A DNA stretch of 64,000 nt from an uncultured Desulfosarcina sp. (GCA_963674945.2 CAXXWQ010000003.1:1184001-1248000), one strand, 5' to 3'; counted from the stretch's first letter, positions 29,618 to 41,898 are shown. Made by a program: numbers and translations. The notes: generated from the letters alone by a model not told the origin.

Positions 29618-29632
29618 GCAGTTTGTATGCCA
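29618..29632 (-). promoter_or_regulatory. sigma54 promoter for serine hydrolase-Na/Pi-Npt operon
   Basis: Minus strand TGGCATACAAACTGC (GG-N10-GC). Confidence 0.6.
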
Positions 29633-29847
29633 TTCTAACATCCTATCATTTATCGAAAAAATTGAGAAAACAGACATTCGAGTTCTGTTTTCCTAAAAAA
29701 ACATGACATCGCATGTCGTGAATTGGCAAAGCGGTGTGAAACGTTTTTTCGCATCTCTATCCAAACAGGTCTGTTTTTTGAACCGTGCTCAAATAATCAG
29801 TTATAATTTCAGATACAAAAACATTATTGCGCCATCATCCTCGCTGA

Positions 29848-31680
<1,833 letters not shown>

Positions 31681-31712
31681 TACTTGATCTTCACAGACAG
31701 CCTGGCAATGAA

Positions 31713-31755
31713 AAACCATGCCTTCCGATAGATTTCGGTAGGCATGGTTTGTTTT
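31713..31755 (+). terminator. intrinsic terminator after groEL
   Basis: AAACCATGCCT...AGGCATGGTTT followed by GTTTT. Confidence 0.75.
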
Positions 31756-32003
31756 GGCTACCCAATGGCCGGCTGGAAGCATAGAGCGTTCTGAATTCGG
31801 AGTTTCGAATGCAAAAAAACTTTGACAATCATAAGGATCCGAGAAAACATGAGATTGACTTGAACGATGAGCGGGCAACAACACGATAATCGCCTTGCAC
31901 CGGCCGTCATACTTGTCATCTTGTTTCTTCCAATGTAATCTCCATTTCACTCAAGGTTGATGAAATCGATTCGAAACCTACAGATAGAGGGAGAAACACA
32001 TTC

Positions 32004-33683
32004 ATGTGGCGACTTTTAATGGAAATCGTTTTATTGCTTGCAACTGCTTTCGCGATAGGCACCGTCGCCCAGCGGCTAAAACAAAGCGCGATCATCGGCT
32101 ACCTGGTGGCGGGTGCCATCGTCGGTCCGATTCTGTTCAATGCCCAGGCTGTCGAGCAGGTAGCCGAGCTGGGCGTGGCGCTGCTGCTTTTTTCCATCGG
32201 GCTGGAATTTTCTTTTTCACGCCTGCGCCAACTCGGCACCATCGCGCTGGTTGGCGGAACTTCCCAGGTTATCATTACACTGGCTGTGTATGCGCTGGCG
32301 GCGAGTACTGCCATGAATGCATCCGCAGCGGTGGTATTGGGCGCTATGGTCGCGCTGAGTTCGACCGCCGTCGTGCTGAGAATCCTGGTGGATAACGCCG
32401 CGATCGATTCGGTTCACGGACGCAACGCACTGGGAATTTTATTGCTGCAGGATGTTGCGGTCGTCCCGCTGGTATTGCTGGTAACCATCTTGACCAAAGG
32501 CGGCAGTGGTCAGGCCATCGCAATTCACATTGCCAAAACGGTGGCAGGGGCAACACTTTTGGTGATCGCCTTTTATTTTCTCTTTTACCACCTGGCACCC
32601 AGGATTCTCATGACGCGCGGTGTATTTGCCAATCGGGAATTGGTGGTCATGCTGGCGATCATTTCAGCGCTGGGCTCCATCTGGGCGGGGCATGCGATGG
32701 GTTTGTCTCCCGCGTTGGGAGCCTTTCTGGCAGGTATGCTTCTGGCCGAATCACCGTTTGCCACCCAGATACGCTCCGACATCGTCGGTATCCGCACCCT
32801 GTTCGTAACACTTTTTTTCACGACAGTGGGCATGCTGGCCAATCCCTTGTGGTTTATAAAACATCTGCACCTTGTTGCCATCGCCCTGGCTGTGGTAGTT
32901 TGTGGTAAAACAGCGATCATTTACGTCATCGTCCGAATATTGAAACATAAACCGGTCCAGGCATTGGCGACGGGTTTGACGCTGGCGCAAATCGGGGAGT
33001 TTGCTTTCGTATTGGCCAGTGCAGCGCGTGAAGGACGCATTATCGATGACAGCCAGTTTGCGCTGGTGGTTTCTGTAACCATTGTATCCATGTTTCTTGC
33101 TCCCTATCTGGTGACCAATGCCGAAGCATGGTCGACGTGGTTGTTGAAAAAACTCTTCCGCCTTCATATAACCGCTTCCGACCGGGTCTTACCCATAGGC
33201 ACCGCCGGCGGCGGAACTATTCTTATCGTCGGTTTCGGACCGGCCGGTCAGCGAGTGGCACAAACGCTGATAGATCGCCAGGTCAAGCCCCATGTTATCG
33301 AGCTTAACCCCGAAAGTGCCCAAAAGGCCCAAGCCCTTAAGTTGCCGGTATACATCGGTGATGCCACCAGTATTGAGGTGCTCGAACACGCAGGCATACA
33401 TTCGATTTGCGCCGTTGTTGTGACCCTCCCGGATCCGGCCACCGGTAGAAGTGTTATCGCCAACTGTAAGACGCTCATTCCGGAGGTGCCGGTTATCGTT
33501 CGAGCGCGTTACCACCGCCACGCAACCGATTTGAAAAAAGCCGGTGCCACAATCGTTATCGACGAGGAAGTAAAAGTGGGGGAAGCAATAGATCGGGAAC
33601 TGCAAAACCTGCTTCAGCAGCCGCAACAGGCGGCGATGGCTTGTGCCCTGGCGGGGCAGAAACCGGCCCCCGCCGTGCCATAG
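32004..33683 (+). CDS. CPA2 (KefC-like) cation:proton antiporter with TrkA-N domain
   Basis: LLFSIGLEFS, SSTAVV, QDVAVVP, LAQIGEFAF; IVGFGPAG Rossmann motif. Confidence 0.92.
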   Translation: MWRLLMEIVLLLATAFAIGTVAQRLKQSAIIGYLVAGAIVGPILFNAQAVEQVAELGVALLLFSIGLEFSFSRLRQLGTIALVGGTSQVIITLAVYALAASTAMNASAAVVLGAMVALSSTAVVLRILVDNAAIDSVHGRNALGILLLQDVAVVPLVLLVTILTKGGSGQAIAIHIAKTVAGATLLVIAFYFLFYHLAPRILMTRGVFANRELVVMLAIISALGSIWAGHAMGLSPALGAFLAGMLLAESPFATQIRSDIVGIRTLFVTLFFTTVGMLANPLWFIKHLHLVAIALAVVVCGKTAIIYVIVRILKHKPVQALATGLTLAQIGEFAFVLASAAREGRIIDDSQFALVVSVTIVSMFLAPYLVTNAEAWSTWLLKKLFRLHITASDRVLPIGTAGGGTILIVGFGPAGQRVAQTLIDRQVKPHVIELNPESAQKAQALKLPVYIGDATSIEVLEHAGIHSICAVVVTLPDPATGRSVIANCKTLIPEVPVIVRARYHRHATDLKKAGATIVIDEEVKVGEAIDRELQNLLQQPQQAAMACALAGQKPAPAVP

Positions 33684-33748
33684 TCAAATAGAACAGATTG
33701 ATGATACAAACCATTTGCTTTTGACTGAAGCAAAAAAGGCTAAATACG

Positions 33749-34708
33749 ATGAATTTTTACCGACAATTTCGCCAAAGACAGTATTGGCGGAACGCTTTGA
33801 AAACGCGCAGAAACCGCAAAAAAAATCAGGCTTTGGATCTAATTGAACAAATGGTGGAAATTTTTGGGAAAAGACTGCCATACCTGCAAAACAACCGTTT
33901 TAAATTAATCCCGCTTGTGCATCATGCCGGTCGCTATATTAATTCCCTGGTGAAATCCATTCCCGGACCCGTGACTCTCGATCCGGCCGACTGGAGTCAC
34001 TCTCACCTTATTCATTCCATATTCCTATCGGAAAACCACGTACGACAACTTCTCAATTCCAGTTCTTCATTGCGAAGGTTTTTTAATAATTCCGACATGG
34101 AAATTGCTTATGCACTGCTCACGGCCCAAAAAAAAGAAAAGACAGTTACCGGAACGGAAAGGACGGGAGAAATCGTTCGCCGAGACGTGATTCAAAAGGC
34201 AATTTATTTTGAGGAACAAAAAATAACAATGCCCGCTGGCGAATTGGCAGAAAGTCGCCGGATGGGGAGAGTAAAATTGTTTACTGTGCTGTTTTCAGCA
34301 GCCGCTGAAAGAATATCATCCCTAAAAGAACTGAAATCACAACTTGAAATCCAACACGATGAGGTAACCGCAAAGAAAAACCTTTTAAAAGAAGATGATC
34401 ACAGGTTGAAAGAAATAAACGAACTCCATGATAGTATCGAAACAGAAATGAATGAGATCGGATCCGCACTAGATTCTTCTGATGATTATGTAGCGCCTTT
34501 GAAAGAGTTGCTCCAGAATCCAGAAAAGCATTTGTGGATTGAATCGCTTTCACTCAAGCTGAACTCAATGAACGTCGTTATAAGCGATTCAACAGCCGAA
34601 AAGACGGATCCGTTTTTCTTGGCGGAAATCCATTATAGTGGCGGGAGAAAGCAAGTGGCAACCTGGATTCGTGTGGAACGAGACGCCGTTCTTCGAGAAC
34701 CGAGATAG
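33749..34708 (+). CDS. hypothetical protein with central coiled coil
   Basis: 319-aa ORF, AT-richer than neighbours; no recognised motif. Confidence 0.65.
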   Translation: MNFYRQFRQRQYWRNALKTRRNRKKNQALDLIEQMVEIFGKRLPYLQNNRFKLIPLVHHAGRYINSLVKSIPGPVTLDPADWSHSHLIHSIFLSENHVRQLLNSSSSLRRFFNNSDMEIAYALLTAQKKEKTVTGTERTGEIVRRDVIQKAIYFEEQKITMPAGELAESRRMGRVKLFTVLFSAAAERISSLKELKSQLEIQHDEVTAKKNLLKEDDHRLKEINELHDSIETEMNEIGSALDSSDDYVAPLKELLQNPEKHLWIESLSLKLNSMNVVISDSTAEKTDPFFLAEIHYSGGRKQVATWIRVERDAVLREPR

Positions 34709-34756
34709 TAAAAAAGGTCACGCCATCGAGTTCGCGATGAACAAAAAAATGCCTTC

Positions 34757-35266
34757 ATGTTCGTGGACGAACCGGGATTACAATTCTTATTTTCAGCAAT
34801 GTCCGGCTACGGAGATCTGAAAGCCAGGGGCGATCTGGATCTGTTTTTCTCTCATGTCGACCGGCCGCGTGGCATCCATTTGTGCGGCAATCCAGATTGG
34901 GACTTTTTATTGAACCTGGATTTAGATGTACTCTCCCTTGATGTTTACACCAATGCTGAAATTTTCTCACCCTACGCATCTTCCATTAAAAAATTTATTG
35001 AACGGGATGGTGTCATTGTCTGGGGAATCGTGCCAACGGGATTCGAAACCTTCCAAAATGAAGATATGCCCTCCATGATGAAACGGCTGGAAACTGTCTG
35101 GCAAATCCTGTGGGGAAAAGGAATAGAAAGAGAACGTCTCATCGCCAAGAGTATGATTTCACCGGCAACGTGCTGTCTGGTCAATCCGGACAAGGAACTT
35201 ACGGTTGAAAGAGCTTTTGCTGCCGTGAAACAGATGTCGCATCTGTTACGGCAAAAATACCTATAG
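34757..35266 (+). pseudogene. C-terminal part of a MetE/UroD-like (cobalamin-independent methionine synthase-like) protein
   Basis: FVDEPG, GIHLCGNPDW, VWGIVPT, ISPATCC; N-terminal half absent. Confidence 0.6.
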
Positions 35267-35560
35267 CAGCCTAAAACCAGGAAGGGCGCCCATATTTTGC
35301 TTTCAATGCCAGGATACGGCAAAAAAATCAGGGATGCACGGTAAGGGGCGTTTGCGGTAAACCGGAGGAGACGGTTGATCTTCAAGATCTGCTGATTTAC
35401 GCGTGCGAGGGTATTTTGGTCTGCCGGCATCTTTCCCGGATGGTTCCCGCTTTTCCTTACGCCGCTTGTTGAGGAGTTGGCATGGCATCTCAAATAATTG
35501 AGATTCACTAAAAAATGATTACGTTGTCTCATATACTTGAGATTGCCAACAGGGGGAACG

Positions 35561-36841
35561 ATGAACACACGAAAGGAAAAGGCGAACCTGATGGTTTTGG
35601 AGAAGAAATGCAAATTCCTCGAGAACCAATGCAATACGTATATCGAAGCGCTGGAACAAACCAACCAACGATTGGAAAAGGAAATATCCGAACGCAAACG
35701 AATCGAAAAAGAAATTATTCAATCCAGGAACGATCTGGAAGGTATTGTCGCCAAGCGGACCAGAGAGATTCGCTTGCTCAAGGACCGGCTGCAGGCGGAA
35801 AACATAATTCTTAAGCGGGAGTTGGCCGAATCTCAATCATACGGCACAATAATTGGCGACAGCTATCCCATAAAGACTGTCATTTCACAGATCGAACTGG
35901 TTGCCCCAACCGATGCGAATGTTTTGATTCATGGTGAATCCGGCACCGGAAAAGAATTGGTGGCGCGCGAGATCCATCGACACAGCCAGAGAAAAGACAA
36001 ACCCATGGTCAAGGTTAACTGCGCCACCATCCCAAAAGAACTGTATGAAAGCGAGTTCTTCGGCCATGCCAAAGGAGCCTTCACCGGTGCTGTCAAGGAC
36101 CGCATCGGTAGGTTTGAAGCAGCCGACGGAGGTACTATCTTTTTGGATGAAGTTGGCGAGATTCCACTCGATCTGCAAAGCAAACTGCTGAGAATCCTGC
36201 AAGAAGGCGAATATGAACGCGTAGGAGAGGAAAAGACCAGACGTGTGGATGTACGCATCATTGCCGCCACCAACAAGAAGCTGTTAAAGGAAGTGAGGGC
36301 CAATCGATTTCGGGACGATCTGTTTTATCGACTGAACGTATTTCCCATTGAGATCGACCCCTTACGGGAACGCAAGGACGACATCCAGCTCCTGGCAACC
36401 CATTTCGTCGACAAGCTGTCAAAAAAGCTAAATGTTCCTGGGCCACCGCTAACCAAGGCCAATGTGTTGGATCTGCAATCGTATGACTGGCCGGGAAACG
36501 TGCGCGAGTTGGAAAATGCGGTAGAACGGGCGATCATTCTTACGCGAACAAACAACCTGGATTTTTCCTCGATTCAGGATAAGTCCATGCCCAATTCAAT
36601 CTTTCCTGTTGAACGTAAAGTGCAAAAGAGTATTGATCAGTCTGTACTGTCGGCAACAGAAATGAAGCAGCTCGAGAGGCAAAACACGATAAACGCACTG
36701 CAGGAATGCAACTGGAAAATTTATGGAAATGACGGTGCAGCCAGCCTGATGGACATTAAACCGACTACCCTGATTGAACGCATGAAACGGATGCAGATTA
36801 ACAAACCTTCTAAAAATACAAAATTATCACCGCGTCAATGA
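35561..36841 (+). CDS. sigma54-dependent transcriptional activator (FhlA/NtrC-type AAA+ with Fis HTH)
   Basis: GESGTGKE, ESEFFGH, GAFTGA, FLDEVGE, WPGNVRELEN; coiled-coil N-terminus. Confidence 0.95.
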   Translation: MNTRKEKANLMVLEKKCKFLENQCNTYIEALEQTNQRLEKEISERKRIEKEIIQSRNDLEGIVAKRTREIRLLKDRLQAENIILKRELAESQSYGTIIGDSYPIKTVISQIELVAPTDANVLIHGESGTGKELVAREIHRHSQRKDKPMVKVNCATIPKELYESEFFGHAKGAFTGAVKDRIGRFEAADGGTIFLDEVGEIPLDLQSKLLRILQEGEYERVGEEKTRRVDVRIIAATNKKLLKEVRANRFRDDLFYRLNVFPIEIDPLRERKDDIQLLATHFVDKLSKKLNVPGPPLTKANVLDLQSYDWPGNVRELENAVERAIILTRTNNLDFSSIQDKSMPNSIFPVERKVQKSIDQSVLSATEMKQLERQNTINALQECNWKIYGNDGAASLMDIKPTTLIERMKRMQINKPSKNTKLSPRQ

Positions 36842-37025
36842 TACAACAGGGTACTGAACACGAACCGAATCCAACCCTGTTCGGGCCAAGGCTTTTCGAT
36901 TCAATATATACCGTGATATCTCCTGGCTTCGGACAACTATCTTGCGTTACGGTGCGTCCGTGCCTTCATGGAAATGGTTTGGAACTTCTTATGGCCGCCG
37001 TTTTTGCTTTAAAACAGTGCCGGAG

Positions 37026-38372
37026 TCAGTTCATGCATGGGTTACTGATCCCGGAACCGCCCGATTGTCTGGATAGCAATTCATATTTGGCTGAAATCAA
37101 GTCGAAATATGATTTCTGTGAAAGTTCTTGCAGGTAAAGATTTGACAGGTACCACCGTTTCGCATAGATGCCGACGGTCCGGAAAATATCACAATGCCTG
37201 GCGACCATCATATCGAACGCCTTGCGCCGCATTCCGAGCGCGGTGGGAGCCATTTCGAAAGGGGTCAGCCCATTATACCGGTTTGCGTACACGTCGCGTG
37301 AGCGTGTGGGTGCAAGAATGCGCTTTTCGAAGACGATGCCTTCCTGTCTGGATAGCAGTTGGGCGAGCCGCCCAACCATGGCCTTGATCAGCATTTGCGC
37401 CCATTGTCGCTGCCAGTTTCGCGGCAGGGCGGAAAAGGGTATATCCGGGCGCGCACGGATGAACCGGTCACAGTCGCTTATGATCTTGCGAGCCCTCCAG
37501 TCGGCTATCCGCTTGGCCCTTCCGGTTTCGTACGTCCAGATGCTCCGCCCCAGATAGTGCCGGGCGCTTTTCTTTGTGTGTATGCGCAGAAAGCGGAGCT
37601 CTTCCCGGATGTCGAGATACGGTGTGTACCCGGATTTACCACCCGATATGGATTCCTTGAGCCTTTCGATCTCTCTTGCATCTTTGGTGGCCAGTGCTTT
37701 TTCGGTCCTGCGCTTGAGGTTTCGTGCGTGATCATAGATATCTCTGGAGACCCGCTTGAGTTCGCCAGATACATACCGGTCGAGAGTCTGGTTCAAAATG
37801 GACGTCGGGTGAACCCCCAGATGATTCCACAGGTACGCAAGGACGGGCTGGATCCGGCTGTAAGATACCATGACGCTATGAGGAAACTCGTCAAACTCAT
37901 CCAGCCACTGATCAAGAAGCAATTCGTCGATGCCTGCATCGGTGAATTTTTTGCGCATGAACCGCTCCAGTCCTGCGTCAATCATACGGGTTTTGCCGCT
38001 GAATATTCTGAGGTCGGGTTTCCGGGGATGCTCGGTTCCATAAAATTCCCGGTAAAGGTCCGACCGTGTGAGTTCTTCGTTGAGAAAGAGCCAAAGGCGA
38101 ACCATTCGTCGAAACAGACCACCGTCCACTTTTTTGAGATAACGGTGTGGCGGCGGTTCTCGGAACAACATCCGGTAGTGACGGTCCGAAACCGATGCAA
38201 CCCGGCCGTGAACCACATTGTAGACCAGCATGTAGGGCAGGCCCGTGCGTTTCGCCAACATCGGCACGGTGCTCCCTCCCTGTATTTCGGCAAGACGGTC
38301 AAGGTCCCGGTCGTTCAGCGGAATGCGAGGTTTTTTTACTCGTTTTTGGTGATCCGTATTTTTCATGTGCAT
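37026..38372 (-). CDS. basic hypothetical protein with repeated HTH-like modules
   Basis: Long Arg-rich ORF; LAKRTGLPYMLVYNVVHG resembles a cro/C1 HTH; start uncertain. Confidence 0.7.
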   Translation of the reverse strand: MHMKNTDHQKRVKKPRIPLNDRDLDRLAEIQGGSTVPMLAKRTGLPYMLVYNVVHGRVASVSDRHYRMLFREPPPHRYLKKVDGGLFRRMVRLWLFLNEELTRSDLYREFYGTEHPRKPDLRIFSGKTRMIDAGLERFMRKKFTDAGIDELLLDQWLDEFDEFPHSVMVSYSRIQPVLAYLWNHLGVHPTSILNQTLDRYVSGELKRVSRDIYDHARNLKRRTEKALATKDAREIERLKESISGGKSGYTPYLDIREELRFLRIHTKKSARHYLGRSIWTYETGRAKRIADWRARKIISDCDRFIRARPDIPFSALPRNWQRQWAQMLIKAMVGRLAQLLSRQEGIVFEKRILAPTRSRDVYANRYNGLTPFEMAPTALGMRRKAFDMMVARHCDIFRTVGIYAKRWYLSNLYLQELSQKSYFDLISAKYELLSRQSGGSGISNPCMN

Positions 38373-38712
38373 CACCTTACAGGAACCGTGGGGGAGATGG
38401 ATGCGCCTCGGCGGAAAGCGAACAATCAACTCACCTTACGAGTGCCTGCCCGCTGACCGCTTTTCCTGTCGGCATCCCGGTAGCATTGATCAAATGTTAC
38501 ATAACCGACAGTACATAAAACACCGAATTGGGATTCAACATTAGCGCGGCAATGTAGCGGTCTTCTCGTCAATATACCTCGAAATCGGCTAAACCCTGCC
38601 GCCCATGGCACCGGTCGGATCATTCCCCCGGGATATTCAGGATGGCGGGCGTTCGGCAGGTATATCATAATCTTTATCGAAACAGAGAAAGCCTGCTTCA
38701 GCTCATTGGTCC

Positions 38713-39180
38713 TCAAGATGCCTTCTTCATTTCTACAGGCTCTCCGCTTGTCGGAACCATCATCACCGGCACGGGGGAATCTTTGAGAATTTTCTCTGCG
38801 ACGGTACCAATTTGAAAAGCCTCTCCAGTACCCCGTGTTGCCAGAACCACAAGGTCGACCTTCTCCTGTAAGGCCGTTTTAATGATTTCCTCGGCAGGAT
38901 CACCCGCGGCTATGTGCTTAACGTAAAGCGGACACCCCTCAAGCTCCTGTGAACAGATTTGGTCCAGACGTTCCGCAGCCTTTTTGTGTTCCCATTCGAA
39001 TATCCGATCTATATGATCCTGTTCGAAATTTCCATAAAGCCCACGATGGTGGGCTATATCTGTAATCACATAAAGGACGTGGATTTCGGCATCATGTATT
39101 TCAGTCAGCGTTTTTACGGTTTCCAATGCGTGCTTTGCTCTACCTGAAAAATCGGTCGGCCAAAGTATCTTTTTTTTCAT
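38713..39180 (-). CDS. universal stress protein
   Basis: KILWPTDFS...GDPAEEII..VDLVVLATRG..GTVAEKIL. Confidence 0.92.
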   Translation of the reverse strand: MKKKILWPTDFSGRAKHALETVKTLTEIHDAEIHVLYVITDIAHHRGLYGNFEQDHIDRIFEWEHKKAAERLDQICSQELEGCPLYVKHIAAGDPAEEIIKTALQEKVDLVVLATRGTGEAFQIGTVAEKILKDSPVPVMMVPTSGEPVEMKKAS

Positions 39181-39215
39181 GGTAATATCCTCAAATTAAT
39201 CGCTCAATAAACCGG

Positions 39216-39599
39216 TTAAAAGTCGCTGAGAATCTGTATTTCAGAACCCATGCCATAGCGAGGCGAGATAGTGTTGCCTTCAAGCCTTACAGACCGCTGG
39301 ACCTTGGCAAGGACATGCGACCTGAACAGCGTACAGACCTCGGCGTCGCTGTTCGAAATTGAAAATGAAGGAACATTGAATACAGTCTCGTTATCCAAGA
39401 AGTCGGCAGCACCCAAAGTTCTGAGCACGATCGTGTTACCCGGCGGGATCTTACGATTCGATTCGAAGTAAATACCGCGAGAACTGTAATTGCGGATAAG
39501 CACAAGCTGATTTTCATTTCCATTCAATGAGGTGCAATGTATGCCAACATCTTTGGTACAGCGGTATTGTGATCGTCTGTCTTTGACTTCGGCCGCCAT
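39216..39599 (-). CDS. PilZ domain protein
   Basis: DRRSQYR (RxxxR) and NYSSRG (D/NxSxxG). Confidence 0.8.
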   Translation of the reverse strand: MAAEVKDRRSQYRCTKDVGIHCTSLNGNENQLVLIRNYSSRGIYFESNRKIPPGNTIVLRTLGAADFLDNETVFNVPSFSISNSDAEVCTLFRSHVLAKVQRSVRLEGNTISPRYGMGSEIQILSDF

Positions 39600-39726
39600 C
39601 TGTTCGACTCCTTATTAGTGGCTAAAGGATATACAGCCCGGCCAGGTGTTTCCATGTATTGATGTCCTAACTTTTCAGGCTAACTGACAGTACTGAAGCC
39701 GCAAACCTGACACTGCCTGCTCACCA

Positions 39727-39888
39727 TCAACAGCAGTAAACCAAACTGGACGAGCAGCAGCATGGATCTACGTAACAACCACAACTGTCAACGACGTAGC
39801 AACAACTGCGGTCTTTTCTGCCAGATTCATTGGAAACATCTTTTTTGGTTTCTTTTTGGATTTCCTTTTTTTTATCTTTTTTACTTAT
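39727..39888 (-). CDS. small Lys-rich / Cys-rich peptide (metallothionein-like)
   Basis: SD GGAGG 6 nt before an ATA codon; 9 Cys in the last 25 residues. Confidence 0.5.
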   Translation of the reverse strand: MSKKDKKKEIQKETKKDVSNESGRKDRSCCYVVDSCGCYVDPCCCSSSLVYCC

Positions 39889-40482
39889 GGTCGACCTCCA
39901 AAAATATGAAAATTGATGATTTTGCATAGGACATTGATATTCATCATCATCCCTTCCTCTTGAATTTCAATTGTCATGCCGGTTTGCCATTGCTAACTAA
40001 GCTCTTGAGCCTATTCATAATTTCACATTCGTTTCCCCATATCGCCTCTCAATTCTTTGATTATATCAATATTTTGAGTATTATCATCAAACTGTTGATC
40101 AATATTTCTGCTTTCTTGCAGAGACCATAATTGAATTGATGGGTATCTCAACGGATACATTCCCGCGGCATCATAAGTTATGACGTAAACGATATTCCCA
40201 AATGCTTTGTTACAGGTGTTTTTGGACTTTGCTTCCAAAAATCATGGATACGTTTCAGGTGTAAAAAGTATTCATCTGCTTGAAACAAATTTTTGGAATG
40301 TAGCTTGCAGAATATGGTTGTCGTTAGGGCATCTGCAGTTAAAATGAGGCAACTCTCTCGGAGGGAAAATGAACAACTACCAATGGCTGCTATCTAACGA
40401 GAACGTGATCCAAAGCGTATTTTGAGTTTCGATGCAAATATACAGTTTTGGATCCATAGAACGAGAATCAAGGAGGAATTTC

Positions 40483-40713
40483 ATGCTGACCAACAAGCAA
40501 ATATGTGATCGACTTTCTTCGTTATATCCGGATTTCGGAACCTGTGGTGAAAACTTGGACATTCACTGGGATGAGAAAAACGAATCCTGGAAGGTCGATT
40601 TTGAGTATGAGGGCAACAGGATCCGCCACTATCTTGACAACAAGGATGCCGCTGCCTGTGTGATTAACGATCAATGCGTGGGATTAGGAATCGAATTTGG
40701 ACAATTTCGATAA
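40483..40713 (+). CDS. small hypothetical protein
   Basis: SD AAGGAGG; 76 aa with 4 Cys. Confidence 0.7.
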   Translation: MLTNKQICDRLSSLYPDFGTCGENLDIHWDEKNESWKVDFEYEGNRIRHYLDNKDAAACVINDQCVGLGIEFGQFR

Positions 40714-40719
40714 GCGATT

Positions 40720-41007
40720 ATGAGAATTCGAAACCTGAAAATAAACATTCTCTATTTTTTATGCAATCCGATGAGCGGCCGAGATGAGGACGGTACTGCA
40801 ATTGACAAGGACTTGATGGACGAATTTTCCGGTATTCCAGAGGAAGCCATCCAATCGGCTGTTGAAACGATGATTGCCGACGACTTGATCCGGCGGGATT
40901 CGTCAAAAGCGCATCTGACAATCACTGCAAAGGGAATCAATCAACTGAAATCATCCGTCGCTTATCGCATGCAAAACTTCGAATGCGTATTTTTTAACCA
41001 CAATTAG
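40720..41007 (+). CDS. small winged-helix-like hypothetical protein
   Basis: AIQSAVETMIADDLI...LTITAKG pattern. Confidence 0.55.
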   Translation: MRIRNLKINILYFLCNPMSGRDEDGTAIDKDLMDEFSGIPEEAIQSAVETMIADDLIRRDSSKAHLTITAKGINQLKSSVAYRMQNFECVFFNHN

Positions 41008-41228
41008 GTCAACCGACGCAATAATTGTAAGGACGGAAGGAAACATAATACTATGGAAGATAACCAAACCCAAAAAGATCTCAGCGCTAACGAACCAACC
41101 ATTACCTCCCAATCCCAGTGGGAGGATGAAGAGCAATGCTCAGAAATTACAGATGAGGATGAATGTTATGGCGAAACGTGCTGTGAAGCATGTTGCTGCT
41201 GTTGGTAAATTATGAAGATCGCTTTAAC

Positions 41229-41726
41229 ATGCAACCTAACATAGCCACAGACGATTCAACCACCAACATCTCGGAAGAAAGCTTTGATTTCGGCGGCCTG
41301 GGCGTCGATTGGAAGATTGACGGTCCGATCACGCAATCCCGTTTTGCCGTCGTCCATCATCCCATGGCCCCTCATGCACTGGCGGCGCCATTGCACCGAC
41401 ATACACATGAAGATGAATACTCATTTGTTCTCCGCGGAACACTCGGCGCTCTTCTGGGAGACGAAGTGGTCACCGCCAACCCAGGCACATGGGTGATCAA
41501 ACCGCGTGGGCAGTGGCATACGTTTTGGAACGCCGGAGACATCCCCTGTGAAATCATCGAAATCATTTCACCGGCCGGGTTCGAAAACTACTTCCGTGAG
41601 GTTGCGGCTGCCTGGGGGGATTTGGATCAATTTGCCAGGATCAATGACAAATATGACCTGGATATGGATTTTGACAGCGTTCCGGGCCTTTGCGACCGAT
41701 TTGGGCTGACATTTCCAACCCTGTAG
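41229..41726 (+). CDS. cupin domain protein
   Basis: PLHRHTHEDEYSFVLRG...PRGQWHTFWN. Confidence 0.88.
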   Translation: MQPNIATDDSTTNISEESFDFGGLGVDWKIDGPITQSRFAVVHHPMAPHALAAPLHRHTHEDEYSFVLRGTLGALLGDEVVTANPGTWVIKPRGQWHTFWNAGDIPCEIIEIISPAGFENYFREVAAAWGDLDQFARINDKYDLDMDFDSVPGLCDRFGLTFPTL

Positions 41727-41769
41727 TAATCCCCCCCTTGATAGAAAGGAATCTGTAATGAATATTTAC

Positions 41770-41867
41770 AGCGTTTGTGCCTTTGCCTTCTTCAAAGCGC
41801 GATGCAAATGTAAAAGGCCCCTCAACTTGTCCATACATCATAACTCCGTTGCCTTTCTTGTCGTCAT
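41770..41867 (-). pseudogene. OsmC-family peroxiredoxin 5' remnant
   Basis: SD AGGAGG, MTTRKATEL*, then EGPFTFASRFEEGKGTN. Confidence 0.6.
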
Positions 41868-41898
41868 GGCTTCCTCCTTTTAAGGTTCTATTGATGCT

